From Auanema rhodensis (Eukaryota; Animalia; Nematoda), in the NCBI GenBank assembly GCA_964057225.1, contig OZ059897.1:1612001-1676000 (forward strand): a DNA stretch of 64,000 bases, written 5' to 3'. The translations under genes and the position numbers were made by a program. Under the pieces are notes generated by a model. The model worked only from the letters and a program-made list of their open reading frames with translations, did no database searches and had not been told where the DNA came from. Positions 37,601-52,600 of the stretch are shown here, piece after piece. Every line of letters begins with the position of its first letter. Positions within the stretch are counted from its first letter, which is position 1.

Positions 37601-40600
37601 TTCAGGGTGAAAATCGAGGATATAAGTGTGAACTTATATCAATTGATATCTCGGTGCATTTTTAAGCTAGCGCATATCTGATAACATAGATCGACGCAGC
37701 TTAAAAATCCGCATCGAATGCACTATATAACATTGAGAAACGCTCAATACAAAAATTATTTATGATTGTTTGAAAAATGATGCATTAGTGTATGTTGAGT
37801 TTCCATGTACACTCAACATTGCTTCCAAAAACATTTTGACAAAAATTTTCCCGAAAAATTTCAAGATAATTTTACAAAAAGTAGATGTTTTTAGATTCGT
37901 TTTTTTAAGGCGAAGACGATGGACAATGTTATTCAACGAAAAAATTAATTCTTCAGGGTGAAAATCGAGGATATAAGTGTGAACTTATATCAATTGATAT
38001 CTCGGTGCATTTTAAAAGCTAACTCAAATCTGATAACACAGATCGACGCAGCTTAAAAATCCGCATCGAATGCACTATATAACATTGAGAAACGCTCAAT
38101 ACAAAAATTATTTATGATTGTTTGAAAAATGATGCATTAGTGTATGTTGAGTTTCCATGTACACTCAACATTGCTTCCAAAAACATTTTGACAAAAATTT
38201 TCCCCAAAAATTTCAAAATAATTTTACAAAAACTAGATGTTTTTAGATTCCTTTTTTTAAGGCGAAGACGATGGACAATGTTATTCAACGAAAAAATTAA
38301 TTCTTCAGGGTGAAAATCGAGGATATAAGTGTGAACTTATATCAGTTGATATATCGGTGCATTTTTGAGCTAGCGCAAATCTGATAACACAGATCGACGC
38401 AGCTTAAAAATCCGCATCGAATGCACTATATAACATTGAAAAAGGCTTGATACGAAAATTATTTATGATTGTTTGAAAAATGATGCATTAGTGTATGTTG
38501 AGTTTCCATGTACACTCAACATTGCTTCCAAAAACATTTTGACAAAAATTTTCCCGAAAAATTTCAAGATAATTTTACAAAAAGTAGATGTTTTTAGATT
38601 TCTTTTTTTGAGGCAAAGACGATGGACAATGTTATTCAACGAAAAAATTAATTCTTCAGGGTGAAAATCGAGGATATAAGTGTGAACTTATATCAGTTTA
38701 TATATCGGTGCATTTTTGAGCTAGCGCAAATCTGATAACACAGATCGACGCAGCTTAAAAATCCGCATCGAATGCACTATATAACATTGAGAAACGCTCA
38801 ATACAAAAATTATTTATGATTTTTTGAAAAAAGATGCATTAGTGTATGTTGAGTTTCCATGTACACTCAACATTGCTTCCAAAAACATTTTGACAAAAAT
38901 TTTCCCGAAAAATTTCAAGATAATTTAACAAAGAGTAGATGTTTTTAGATTCCTTTTTTTAAGGCGAAGACGATGGACAATGTTATTCAACAAAAAAATC
39001 AATTCTTCAGGGTGAAAATCGAGGATATAAGTGTGAACTTATATCAGTTGATATATCGGTGAATTTTTAAGCTAGCGCAAATCTGATAACACAGATCGAC
39101 GCCGCTCAAAAATACGCATCGAATGCACTATACTACATTGAGAAACGCTCAATACAAAAATTATTTATGATTGTTTGAAAAAAGATGCATTAGTGTATGT
39201 TGAGTTTCCATGTACACTCAACATTGCTTCCAAAAACATTTTGACAAAAATTTTCCCGAAAAATTTCAAGATAATTTTACAAAAACTAGATGTTTTTAGA
39301 TTCCTTTTTTTAAGGCGAAGACGATGGACAATGTTATTCAACGAAAAAATTAATTCTTCAGGGTGAAAATCGAGGATATAAGTGTGAACTTATATCAGTT
39401 GATATACCGGTGCATTTTTGAGCTAGCGCAAATCTGATAACACAGATCGACGCAGCTTAGAAATCCGCATCGAATGCACTATATAACATTGAGAAACGCT
39501 CAATACAAAAATTATTTATGATTTTTTGAAAAAAGATGCATTAGTGTATGTTGAGTTTCCATGTACACTCAACATTGCTTCCAAAAACATTTTGACAAAA
39601 ATTTTCCCCAAAAATTTCAAGATAATTTTACAAAAAGTAGATGTTTTTAGATTCCTTTTTGTGAGGCGAAGACGATGGACAATGTTATTCAACGAAAAAA
39701 TTAATTCTTCAGGGTGAAAATCGAGGATATAAGTGTGAACTTATATCAGTTGATATCTCGGTGCATTTTTAAGCTAGCGCAAATCTGATAACACAGATCG
39801 ACGCCGCTCAAAAATACGCATCGAATGCACTATACTACATTGAGAAACGCTCAATACAAAAATTATTTATAATTGTTTGAAAAAAGATGCATTAGTGTAT
39901 GTTGAGTTTCCATGTACACTCAACATTGCTTCCAAAAACATTTTGACAAAAATTTTCCCGAAAAATTTCAAGATAATTTTACAAAAACTAGATGTTTTTA
40001 GATTCCTTTTTTTAAGGCGAAGACGATGGACAATGTTATTCAACAAAAAAATTAATTCTTCAGGGTGAAAATCGAGGATATAAGTGTGAACTTATATCAG
40101 TTGATATCTCGGTGCATTTTTAAGCTAGCGCAAATCTAATAACAAAGATCGACGCAGCTTAAAAATCCGTTTCGAATGCACTATACTACATTGAGAAACG
40201 CTCAATACAAAAATTATTTATGATTGTTTGAAAAAAGATGCATTAGTGTATGTTGAGTTTCCATGTACACTCAACATTGCTTCCAAAAACATTTTGACAA
40301 AAATTTTCCCGAAAAATTTCAAGATAATTTTACAAAAACTAGATGTTTTTAGATTCCTTTTTTTAAGGCGAAGACGATGGACAATGTTATTCAACAAAAA
40401 AATTAATTCTTCAGGGTGAAAATCGAGGATATAAGTGTGAACTTATATCAGTTGATATCTCGGTGCATTTTTAAGCTAGCGCAAATCTAATAACAAAGAT
40501 CGACGCAGCTTAAAAATCCGTTTCGAATGCACTATACTACATTGAGAAACGCTCAATACAAAAAATATTTATGATTGTTTGAAAAAAGATGCATTAGTGT

Positions 40601-43600
40601 ATGTTGAGTTTCCATGTACACTCAACATTGCTTCCAAAAACATTTTGACAAAAATTTTCCCGAAAAATTTCAAGATAATTTTACAAAAAGTAGATGTTTT
40701 TAGATTCCTTTTTCTAAGGCAAAGACGATGGTAAATGTTATTCAACGAAAAAATTAATTCTTCAGGGTGAAAATCGAGGATATAAGTGTGAACTTATATC
40801 AGTTGATATCTCGGTGCATTTTTAAGCTAGCGCAAATCTGATAACACAGATCGACGCAGCTTAAAAATCCGCATCGAATGCACTATTATACATTGAGAAA
40901 CGTTCAATACAAAAATTATTTATGATTGTTTGAAAAAAGATGCATTAGTGTATGTTGAGTTTCCATGTACACTCAACATTGCTTCCAAAAACATTTTGAC
41001 AAAAATTTTCCCGAAAAATTTCAAGATAATTTTACAAAAACTAGATGTTTTTAGATTCCTTTTTTTAAGGCGAAGACGATGGACAATGTTATTCAACAAA
41101 AAAATTAATTCTTCAGGGTGAAAATCGAGGATATAAGTGTGAACTTATATCAGTTGATATCTCGGTGCATTTTTAAGCTAGCGCAAATCTGATAACACAG
41201 ATCGACGCCGCTCAAAAATACGCATCGAATGCACTATACTACATTGAGAAACGCTCAATACAAAAATTATTTATAATTGTTTGAAAAAAGATGCATTAGT
41301 GTATGTTGAGTTTCCATGTACACTCAACATTGCTTCCAAAAACATTTTGACAAAAATTTTCCCGAAAAATTTCAAGATAATTTTACAAAAACTAGATGTT
41401 TTTAGATTCCTTTTTTTAAGGCGAAGACGATGGACAATGTTATTCAACAAAAAAATTAATTCTTCAGGGTGAAAATCGAGGATATAAGTGTGAACTTATA
41501 TCAGTTGATATCTCGGTGCATTTTTAAGCTAGCGCAAATCTAATAACAAAGATCGACGCAGCTTAAAAATCCGTTTCGAATGCACTATACTACATTGAGA
41601 AACGCTCAATACAAAAATTATTTATGATTGTTTGAAAAAAGATGCATTAGTGTATGTTGAGTTTCCATGTACACTCAACATTGCTTCCAAAAACATTTTG
41701 ACAAAAATTTTCCCGAAAAATTTCATGATAATTTTACAAAAACTAGATGTTTTTAGATTCCTTTTTTTAAGGCAAAGACGATGGACAATGTTAATCAACG
41801 AAAAAATTAATTCTTCAGGGTGAAAATCGAGGATATAAGTGTGAACTTATATCAGTTGATATCTCGGTGCATTTTTAAGCTAGCGCAAATCTAATAACAA
41901 AGATCGACGCAGCTTAAAAATCCGTTTCGAATGCACTATACTACATTGAGAAACGCTCAATACAAAAAATATTTATGATTGTTTGAAAAAAGATGCATTA
42001 GTGTATGTTGAGTTTCCATGTACACTCAACATTGCTTCCAAAAACATTTTGACAAAAATTTTCCCGAAAAATTTCAAGATAATTTTACAAAAAGTAGATG
42101 TTTTTAGATTCCTTTTTTTAAGGCAAAGACGATGGTAAATGTTATTCAACGAAAAAATTAATTCTTCAGGGTGAAAATCGAGGATATAAGTGTGAACTTA
42201 TATCAGTTGATATCTCGGTGCATTTTTAAGCTAGCGCAAATCTGATAACACAGATCGACGCAGCTTAAAAATCCGCATCGAATGCACTATACTACATTGA
42301 GAAACGTTCAATACAAAAATTATTTATGATTGTTTGAAAAAAGATGCATTAGTGTATGTTGAGTTTCCATGTACACTCAACATTGCTTCCAAAAACATTT
42401 TGACAAAAATTTTCCCGAAAAATTTCAAGATAATTTTACAAAAACTAGATGTTTTTAGATTCCTTTTTTTAAGGCGAAGACGATGGACAATGTTATTCAA
42501 CAAAAAAATTAATTCTTCAGGGTGAAAATCGAGGATATAAGTGTGAACTTATATCAGTTGATATCTCGGTGCATTTTTAAGCTAGCGCAAATCTGATAAC
42601 ACAGATCGACGCAGCTTAAAAATCCGCATCGAATGCACTATATAACATTGAGAAACGCTCAATACAAAAATTATTTATGATTTTTTGAAAAAAGATGCAT
42701 TAGTGTATGTTGAGTTTCCATGTACACTCAACATTGCTTCCAAAAACATTTTGACAAAAATTTTCCCGAAAAATTTCAAGATAATTTAACAAAGAGTAGA
42801 TGTTTTTAGATTCCTTTTTTTAAGGCGAAGACGATGGACAATGTTATTCAACGAAAAAATTAATTCTTCAGGGTGAAAATCGAGGATATAAGTGTGAACT
42901 TATATCAGTTGATATCTCGGTGCATTTTTAAGCTAGCGCAAATCTGATAACACAGATCGACGCCGCTCAAAAATACGCATCGAATGCACTATACTACATT
43001 GAGAAACGCTCAATACAAAAATTATTTATAATTGTTTGAAAAAAGATGCATTAGTGTATGTTGAGTTTCCATGTACACTCAACATTGCTTCCAAAAACAT
43101 TTTGACAAAAATTTTCCCGAAAAATTTCAAGATAATTTTACGAAAACTAGATGTTTTTAGATTCCTTTTTTTAAGGCGAAGACGATAGACAATGTTATTC
43201 AACAAAAAAATTAATTCTTCAGGGTGAAAATCGAGGATATAAGTGTGAACTTATATCAGTTGATATCTCGGTGAATTTTTAAGCTAACTCAAATCTGATA
43301 ACACAGATCGACGCAGCTTAAAAATCCGTTTCGAATGCAATATACTACATTGAGAAACGCTCAATACAAAAATTATTTATGATTGTTTGAAAAAAGATGC
43401 ATTAGTGTATGTTGAGTTTCCATGTACACTCAACATTGCTTCCAAAAACATTTTGACAAAAATTTTCCCGGAAAATTTCAAGATAATTTTACAAAAACTA
43501 GATGTTTTTAGATTCCTTTTTTTAAGGCGAAGACGATGGACAATGTTATTCAACAAAAAAATTAATTCTTCAGGGTGAAAATCGAGGATATAAGTGTGAA

Positions 43601-46600
43601 CTTATATCAGTTGATATCTCGGTGCATTTTTAAGCTAGCGCAAATCTAATAACAAAGATCGACGCAGCTTAAAAATCCGTTTCGAATGCACTATACTACA
43701 TTGAGAAACGCTCAATACAAAAAATATTTATAATTGTTTGAAAAAAGATGCATTAGTGTATGTTGAGTTTCCATGTACACTCAACATTGCTTCCAAAAAC
43801 ATTTTGACAAAAATTTTCCCGAAAAATTTCAAGATAATTTTACAAAAACTAGATGTTTTTAGATTCCTTTTTTTAAGGCGAAGACGATGGACAATGTTAT
43901 TCAACAAAAAAATTAATTCTTCAGGGTGAAAATCGAGGATATAAGTGTGAACTTATATCAGTTGATATCTCGGTGCATTTTTAAGCTAGCGCAAATCTAA
44001 TAACAAAGATCGACGCAGCTTAAAAATCCGTTTCGAATGCACTATACTACATTGAGAAACGCTCAATACAAAAATTATTTATGATTGTTTGAAAAAAGAT
44101 GCATTAGTGTATGTTGAGTTTCCATGTACACTCAACATTGCTTCCAAAAACATTTTGACAAAAATTTTCCCGAAAAATTTCATGATAATTTTACAAAAAC
44201 TAGATGTTTTTAGATTCCTTTTTTTAAGGCAAAGACGATGGACAATGTTAATCAACGAAAAAATTAATTCTTCAGGGTGAAAATCGAGGATATAAGTGTG
44301 AACTTATATCAGTTGATATCTCGGTGAATTTTTAAGCTAACTCAAATCTGATAACACAGATCGACGCAGCTTAAAAATCCGTTTCGAATGCATTATACTA
44401 CATTGGGAAACGCTCAATACAAAAATTATTTATGATTGTTTGAAAAAAGATGCATTAGTGTATGTTGAGTTTCCATGTACACTCAACATTGCTTCCAAAA
44501 ACATTTTGACAAAAATTTTCCCGAAAAATTTCAAGATAATTTTACAAAAAGTAGATGTTTTTAGATTCCTTTTTTTAAGGCAAAGACGATGGTAAATGTT
44601 ATTCAACGAAAAAATTAATTCTTCAGGGTGAAAATCGAGGATATAAGTGTGAACTTATATCAGTTGATATCTCGGTGCATTTTTAAGCTAGCGCAAATCT
44701 GATAACACAGATCGACGCAGCTTAAAAATCCGCATCGAATGCACTATACTACATTGAGAAACGTTCAATACAAAAATTATTTATGATTGTTTGAAAAAAG
44801 ATGCATTAGTGTATGTTGAGTTTCCATGTACACTCAACATTGCTTCCAAAAACATTTTGACAAAAATTTTCCCGAAAAATTTCAAGATAATTTTACAAAA
44901 ACTAGATGTTTTTAGATTCCTTTTTTTAAGGCGAAGACGATGGACAATGTTATTCAACAAAAAAATTAATTCTTCAGGGTGAAAATCGAGGATATAAGTG
45001 TGAACTTATATCAGTTGATATCTCGGTGCATTTTTAAGCTAGCGCAAATCTAATAACAAAGATCGACGCAGCTTAAAAATCCGTTTCGAATGCACTATAC
45101 TACATTGAGAAACGCTCAATACAAAAAATATTTATGATTGTTTGAAAAAAGATGCATTAGTGTATGTTGAGTTTCCATGTACACTCAACATTGCTTCCAA
45201 AAACATTTTGACAAAAATTTTCCCGAAAAATTTCAAGATAATTTTACAAAAAGTAGATGTTTTTAGATTCCTTTTTTTAAGGCAAAGACGATGGTAAATG
45301 TTATTCAACGAAAAAATTAATTCTTCAGGGTGAAAATCGAGGATATAAGTGTGAACTTATATCAGTTGATATCTCGGTGCATTTTTAAGCTAGCGCAAAT
45401 CTAATAACAAAGATCGACGCAGCTTAAAAATCCGTTTCGAATGCACTATACTACATTGAGAAACGCTCAATACAAAAAATATTTATGATTGTTTGAAAAA
45501 AGATGCATTAGTGTATGTTGAGTTTCCATGTACACTCAACATTGCTTCCAAAAACATTTTGACAAAAATTTTCCCGAAAAATTTCAAGATAATTTTACAA
45601 AAAGTAGATGTTTTTAGATTCCTTTTTTTAAGGCAAAGACGATGGTAAATGTTATTCAACGAAAAAATTAATTCTTCAGGGTGAAAATCGAGGATATAAG
45701 TGTGAACTTATATCAGTTGATATCTCGGTGCATTTTTAAGCTAGCGCAAATCTGATAACACAGATCGACGCAGCTTAAAAATCCGCATCGAATGCACTAT
45801 ACTACATTGAGAAACGTTCAATACAAAAATTATTTATGATTGTTCGAAAAATGATGCATTAGTGTATGTTGAGTTACCATGTACACTCAACATTGCTTCC
45901 AAAAACATTTTGACAAAAATTTTCCCGAAAAATTTCAAGATAATTTTACGAAAAGTAGATGTTTTTAGATTTCTTTTTTTAAGGCGAAGACGATGGACAA
46001 TGTTATTCAACGAAAAAAGTAATTCTTCAGGGTGAAAATCGAGGATATAAGTGTGAACTTATATCAGTTGATATCTCGGTGCATTTTTAAGCTAGCGCAA
46101 ATCTGATAACACAGATCGACGCAGCTTAAAAATCCGCATCGAATGCACTATACTACATTGAGAAACGTTCAATACAAAAATTATTTATGATTGTTCGAAA
46201 AATGATGCATTAGTGTATGTTGAGTTTCCATGTACACTCAACATTGCTTCCAAAAACATTTTGACAAAAATTTTCCCGAAAAATTTCAAGATAATTTAAC
46301 AAAGAGTAGATGTTTTTAGATTTCTTTTTTTAAGGCGAAGACGATGGCCAATGTTATTCAACGAAAAAATCAATTCTTCAGGGTGAAAATCGAGGATTTA
46401 AGTGTGAACTTATATCAGTTGATATCTCGGTGAATTTTTAAGCTAGCGCAAATCTGATAACACAGATCGACGCAGCTTAAAAATCCGCATCGAATGCATT
46501 ATTTTACATTAGAAAACGCTCAATACAAAAATAATTTATGATTGTCTGAAAAATGATGCATTAGTGTATGTTGAGTTTCCATGTACACTCAACATTGCTT

Positions 46601-49600
46601 CCAAAAACATTTTGACAAAAATTTTCCCGAAAAATTTCAAGATAATTTAACAAAGAGTAGATGTTTTTAGATTCTTTTTTTTAAGGCGAAGACGATGGAC
46701 AATGTTATTCAACGAAAAAATTAATTCTTCAGGGTGAAAATCGAGGATATAAGTGTGAACTTATATCAGTTGATATCTCGGTGAATTTTTAAGCTAGCGC
46801 AAATCTGACAACACAGATCGACGCAGCTTAAAAATCCGCATCGAATACACTATACTACATTTAGAAACGTTCAATACAAAAATTATTTATGATTGTTCGA
46901 AAAATGATGCATTAGTGTATGTTGAGTTTCCATGTACACTCAACATTGCTTCTAAAAACATTTTGACAAAAATTTTCCCGAAAAATTTCAAGATAATTTT
47001 ACAAAAACTAGATGTTTTTAGATTCCTTTTCTTAAGGCGAAGACGATGGACAATGTTATTCAACGAAAAAATTAGTTCTTCAGGGTGAAAATCGAGGATA
47101 TAAGTGTGAACTTATATCAGTTGATATCTCGGTGCATTTTTAAGCTAGCGCAAATCTAATAACAAAGATCGACGCAGCTTAAAAATCCGTTTCGAATGCA
47201 CTATACTACATTGAGAAACGCTCAATACAAAAAATATTTATAATTGTTTGAAAAAAGATGCATTAGTGTATGTTGAGTTTCCATGTACACTCAACATTGC
47301 TTCCAAAAACATTTTGACAAAAATTTTCCCGAAAAATTTCAAGATAATTTTACAAAAACTAGATGTTTTTAGATTCCTTTTTTTAAGGCGAAGACGATGG
47401 ACAATGTTATTCAACAAAAAAATTAATTCTTCAGGGTGAAAATCGAGGATATAAGTGTGAACTTATATCAGTTGATATCTCGGTGCATTTTTAAGCTAGC
47501 GCAAATCTAATAACAAAGATCGACGCAGCTTAAAAATCCGTTTCGAATGCACTATACTACATTGAGAAACGCTCAATACAAAAATTATTTATGATTGTTT
47601 GAAAAAAGATGCATTAGTGTATGTTGAGTTTCCATGTACACTCAACATTGCTTCCAAAAACATTTTGACAAAAATTTTCCCGAAAAATTTCAAGATAATT
47701 TTACAAAAACTAGATGTTTTTAGATTCCTTTTTTTAAGGCAAAGACGATGGACAATGTTAATCAACGAAAAAATTAATTCTTCAGGGTGAAAATCGAGGA
47801 TATAAGTGTGAACTTATATCAGTTGATATCTCGGTGAATTTTTAAGCTAACTCAAATCTGATAACACAGATCGACGCAGCTTAAAAATCCGTTTCGAATG
47901 CATTATACTACATTGGGAAACGCTCAATACAAAAATTATTTATGATTGTTTGAAAAAAGATGCATTAGTGTATGTTGAGTTTCCATGTACACTCAACATT
48001 GCTTCCAAAAACATTTTGACAAAAATTTTCCCGAAAAATTTCAAGATAATTTTACAAAAACTAGATGTTTTTAGATTCCTTTTTTTAAGGCGAAGACGAT
48101 GGACAATGTTATTCAACAAAAAAATTAATTCTTCAGGGTGAAAATCGAGGATATAAGTGTGAACTTATATCAGTTGATATCTCGGTGCATTTTTAAGCTA
48201 GCGCAAATCTAATAACAAAGATCGACGCAGCTTAAAAATCCGTTTCGAATGCACTATACTACATTGAGAAACGCTCAATACAAAAAATATTTATGATTGT
48301 TTGAAAAAAGATGCATTAGTGTATGTTGAGTTTCCATGTACACTCAACATTGCTTCCAAAAACATTTTGACAAAAATTTTCCCGAAAAATTTCAAGATAA
48401 TTTTACAAAAAGTAGATGTTTTTAGATTCCTTTTTTTAAGGCAAAGACGATGGTAAATGTTATTCAACGAAAAAATTAATTCTTCAGGGTGAAAATCGAG
48501 GATATAAGTGTGAACTTATATCAGTTGATATCTCGGTGCATTTTTAAGCTAGCGCAAATCTGATAACACAGATCGACGCAGCTTAAAAATCCGCATCGAA
48601 TGCACTATACTACATTGAGAAACGTTCAATACAAAAATTATTTATGATTGTTCGAAAAATGATGCATTAGTGTATGTTGAGTTACCATGTACACTCAACA
48701 TTGCTTCCAAAAACATTTTGACAAAAATTTTCCCGAAAAATTTCAAGATAATTTTACGAAAAGTAGATGTTTTTAGATTTCTTTTTTTAAGGCGAAGACG
48801 ATGGACAATGTTATTCAACGAAAAAAGTAATTCTTCAGGGTGAAAATCGAGGATATAAGTGTGAACTTATATCAGTTGATATCTCGGTGCATTTTTAAGC
48901 TAGCGCAAATCTGATAACACAGATCGACGCAGCTTAAAAATCCGCATCGAATGCACTATACTACATTGAGAAACGTTCAATACAAAAATTATTTATGATT
49001 GTTCGAAAAATGATGCATTAGTGTATGTTGAGTTTCCATGTACACTCAACATTGCTTCCAAAAACATTTTGACAAAAATTTTCCCGAAAAATTTCAAGAT
49101 AATTTAACAAAGAGTAGATGTTTTTAGATTTCTTTTTTTAAGGCGAAGACGATGGCCAATGTTATTCAACGAAAAAATTAATTCTTCAGGGTGAAAATCG
49201 AGGATTTAAGTGTGAACTTATATCAGTTGATATCTCGGTGAATTTTTAAGCTAGCGCAAATCTGATAACACAGATCGACGCAGCTTAAAAATCCGCATCG
49301 AATGCATTATTTTACATTGAAAAACGCTCAATACAAAAATAATTTATGATTGTCTGAAAAATGATGCATTAGTGTATGTTGAGTTTCCATGTACACTCAA
49401 CATTGCTTCCAAAAACATTTTGACAAAAATTTTCCCGAAAAATTTCAAGATAATTTAACAAAGAGTAGATGTTTTTAGATTCTTTTTTTTAAGGCGAAGA
49501 CGATGGACAATGTTATTCAACGAAAAAATTAATTCTTCAGGGTGAAAATCGAGGATATAAGTGTGAACTTATATCAGTTGATATCTCGGTGAATTTTTAA

Positions 49601-52600
49601 GCTAGCGCAAATCTGACAACACAGATCGACGCAGCTTAAAAATCCGCATCGAATACACTATACTACATTTAGAAACGTTCAATACAAAAATTATTTATGA
49701 TTGTTCGAAAAATGATGCATTAGTGTATGTTGAGTTTCCATGTACACTCAACATTGCTTCCAAAAACATTTTGACAAAAATTTTCCCGAAAAATTTCAAG
49801 ATAATTTAACAAAGAGTAGATGTTTTTAGTTTCTTTTTTTTAAGGCGAAGACGATGGACAATGTTATTCAACGAAAAAATTAATTCTTCAGGGTGAAAAT
49901 CGAGGATATAAGTGTGAACTTATATCAGTTGATATCTCGGTGAATTTTTAAGCTAGCGCAAATCTGATAACACAGATCGACGCAGCTTAAAAATTTGTTT
50001 CGAATGCACTATACTACATTGAGAAACGCTCAATACAAAAGTATTTATGATTGTTTGAAAAAAGATGCATTAGTGTATGTTGAGTTTCCATGTACACTCA
50101 ACATTGCTTCCAAAAACATTTTGACAAAAATTTTCCCGAAAAATTTCAAGATAGTTTTACGAAAAGTAGATGTTTTTAGATTTCTTTTTTTAAGGCGAAG
50201 ACGATGGACAATGTTATTCAACGAAAAAATTAATTCTTCAGGGTGAAAATCGAGGATTTAAGTGTGAACTTATATCAGTTGATATCTCGGTGAATTTTTA
50301 AGCTAGCGCAAATCTGATAACACAGATCGACGCAGCTTAAAAATCCGCATCGAATGCATTATACTACATTGAAAAACGCTCAATACAAGAATAATTTATG
50401 ATTGTTTGAAAAATGATGCAGTAGTGTATGTTGAGTTTCCATGTACACTCAACATTGCTTCCAAAAACATTTTGACAAAAAATTTCCTGAAAAATTTCAA
50501 GATAATTTAACAAAGAGTAGATGTTTTTAGATTCTTTTTTTTAAGGCAAAGACGATGGACAATGTTATTCAACGAAAAAATTAATTCTTCAGGGTGAAAA
50601 TCGAGGATATAAGTGTGAACTTATATCAGTTGATATCTCGGTGCATTTTTAAGCTAGCGCAAATCTGATAACACAGATCGACGCAGCTTAAAAATTTGTT
50701 TCGAATGCACTATACCACATTGAGAAACGCTCAATACAAAAGTTATTTATAATTGTTTGAAAAATGATGCATTAGTGTATGTTGAGTTTCCATGTACACT
50801 CAACATTGCTTCCAAAAACATTTTGACAAAAATTTTCCCGAAAAATTTCAAGATAATTTTACGAAAAGTAGATGTTTTTAGATTTCTTTTTTTAAGGCGA
50901 AGACGATGGACAATGTTATTCAACGAAAAAATTAATTCTTCAGGGTGAAAATCGAGGATTTAAGTGTGAACTTATATCAGTTGATATCTCGGTGAATTTT
51001 TAAGCTAGCGCAAATCTGATAACACAGATCGACGCAGCTTAAAAATCCGCATCGAATGCATTATACTACATTGAAAAACGCTCAATACAAGAATAATTTA
51101 TGATTGTTTGAAAAATGATGCAGTAGTGTATGTTGAGTTTCCATGTACACTCAACATTGCTTCCAAAAACATTTTGACAAAAAATTTCCCGAAAAATTTC
51201 AAGATAATTTAACAAAGAGTAGATGTTTTTAGATTCTTTTTTTTAAGGCAAAGACGATGGACAATGTTATTCAACGAAAAAATTAATTCTTCAGGGTGAA
51301 AATCGAGGATATAAGTGTGAACTTATATCAGTTGATATCTCGGTGCATTTTTAAGCTAGCGCAAATCTGATAACACAGATCGACGCAGCTTAAAAATTTG
51401 TTTCGAATGCACTATACCACATTGAGAAACGCTCAATACAAAAGTTATTTATGATTGTTTGAAAAATGATGCATTAGTGTATGTTGAGTTTCCATGTACA
51501 CTCAACATTGCTTCCAAAAACATTTTGACAAAAATTTTCCCGAAAAATTTCAAGATAATTTTACGAAAAGTAGATGTTTTTAGATTTCTTTTTTTAAGGC
51601 GAAGACGATGGACAATGTTATTCAACGAAAAAATTAATTCTTCAGGGTGAAAATCGAGGATATAATTGTGAACTTATATCAGTTGATATCTTGGTGCATT
51701 TTTAAGCTAGCGCAAATCTGATAACACAGATCGACGCAGCTTAAAAATTTGTTTTGAATGCACTATACCACATTGAGAAACGCTCAATACAAAAGTTATT
51801 TATGATTGTTTGAAAAATGATGCATTAGTGTATGTTGAGTTTCCATGTACACTCAACATTGCTTCCAAAAACATTTTGACAAAAATTTTCCCGAAAAATT
51901 TCAAGATAATTTAACAAAGAGTAGATGTTTTTAGATTCCTTTTTTTAAGGCGAAGACGATGGACAATGTTATTCAACGAAAAAATTAATTCTTCAGGGTG
52001 AAAATCGAGGATATAAGTGTGAACTTATATCAGTTGATATCTTGGTGCATTTTTAAGCTAGCGCAAATCTGATAACACAGATCGACGCAGCTTAAAAATT
52101 TGTTTCGAATGCACTATACCACATTGAGAAACGCTCAATACAAAAATTATTTATGATTGTTTGAAAAATGATGCATTAGTGTATGTTGAGTTTCCATGTA
52201 CACTCAACATTGCTTCCAAAAACATTTTGACAAAAAATTTCCCGAAAAATTTCAAGATAATTTAACAAAGAGTAGATGTTTTTAGATTCTTTTTTTTAAG
52301 GCAAAGACGATGGACAATGTTATTCAACGAAAAAATTAATTCTTCAGGGTGAAAATCGAGGATATAAGTGTGAACTTATATCAGTTGATATCTCGGTGCA
52401 TTTTTAAGCTAGCGCAAATCTGATAACACAGATCGACGCAGCTTAAAAATTTGTTTCGAATGCACTATACCACATTGAGAAACGCTCAATACAAAAGTTA
52501 TTTATGATTGTTTGAAAAATGATGCATTAGTGTATGTTGAGTTTCCATGTACACTCAACATTGCTTCCAAAAACATTTTGACAAAAATTTTCCCGAAAAA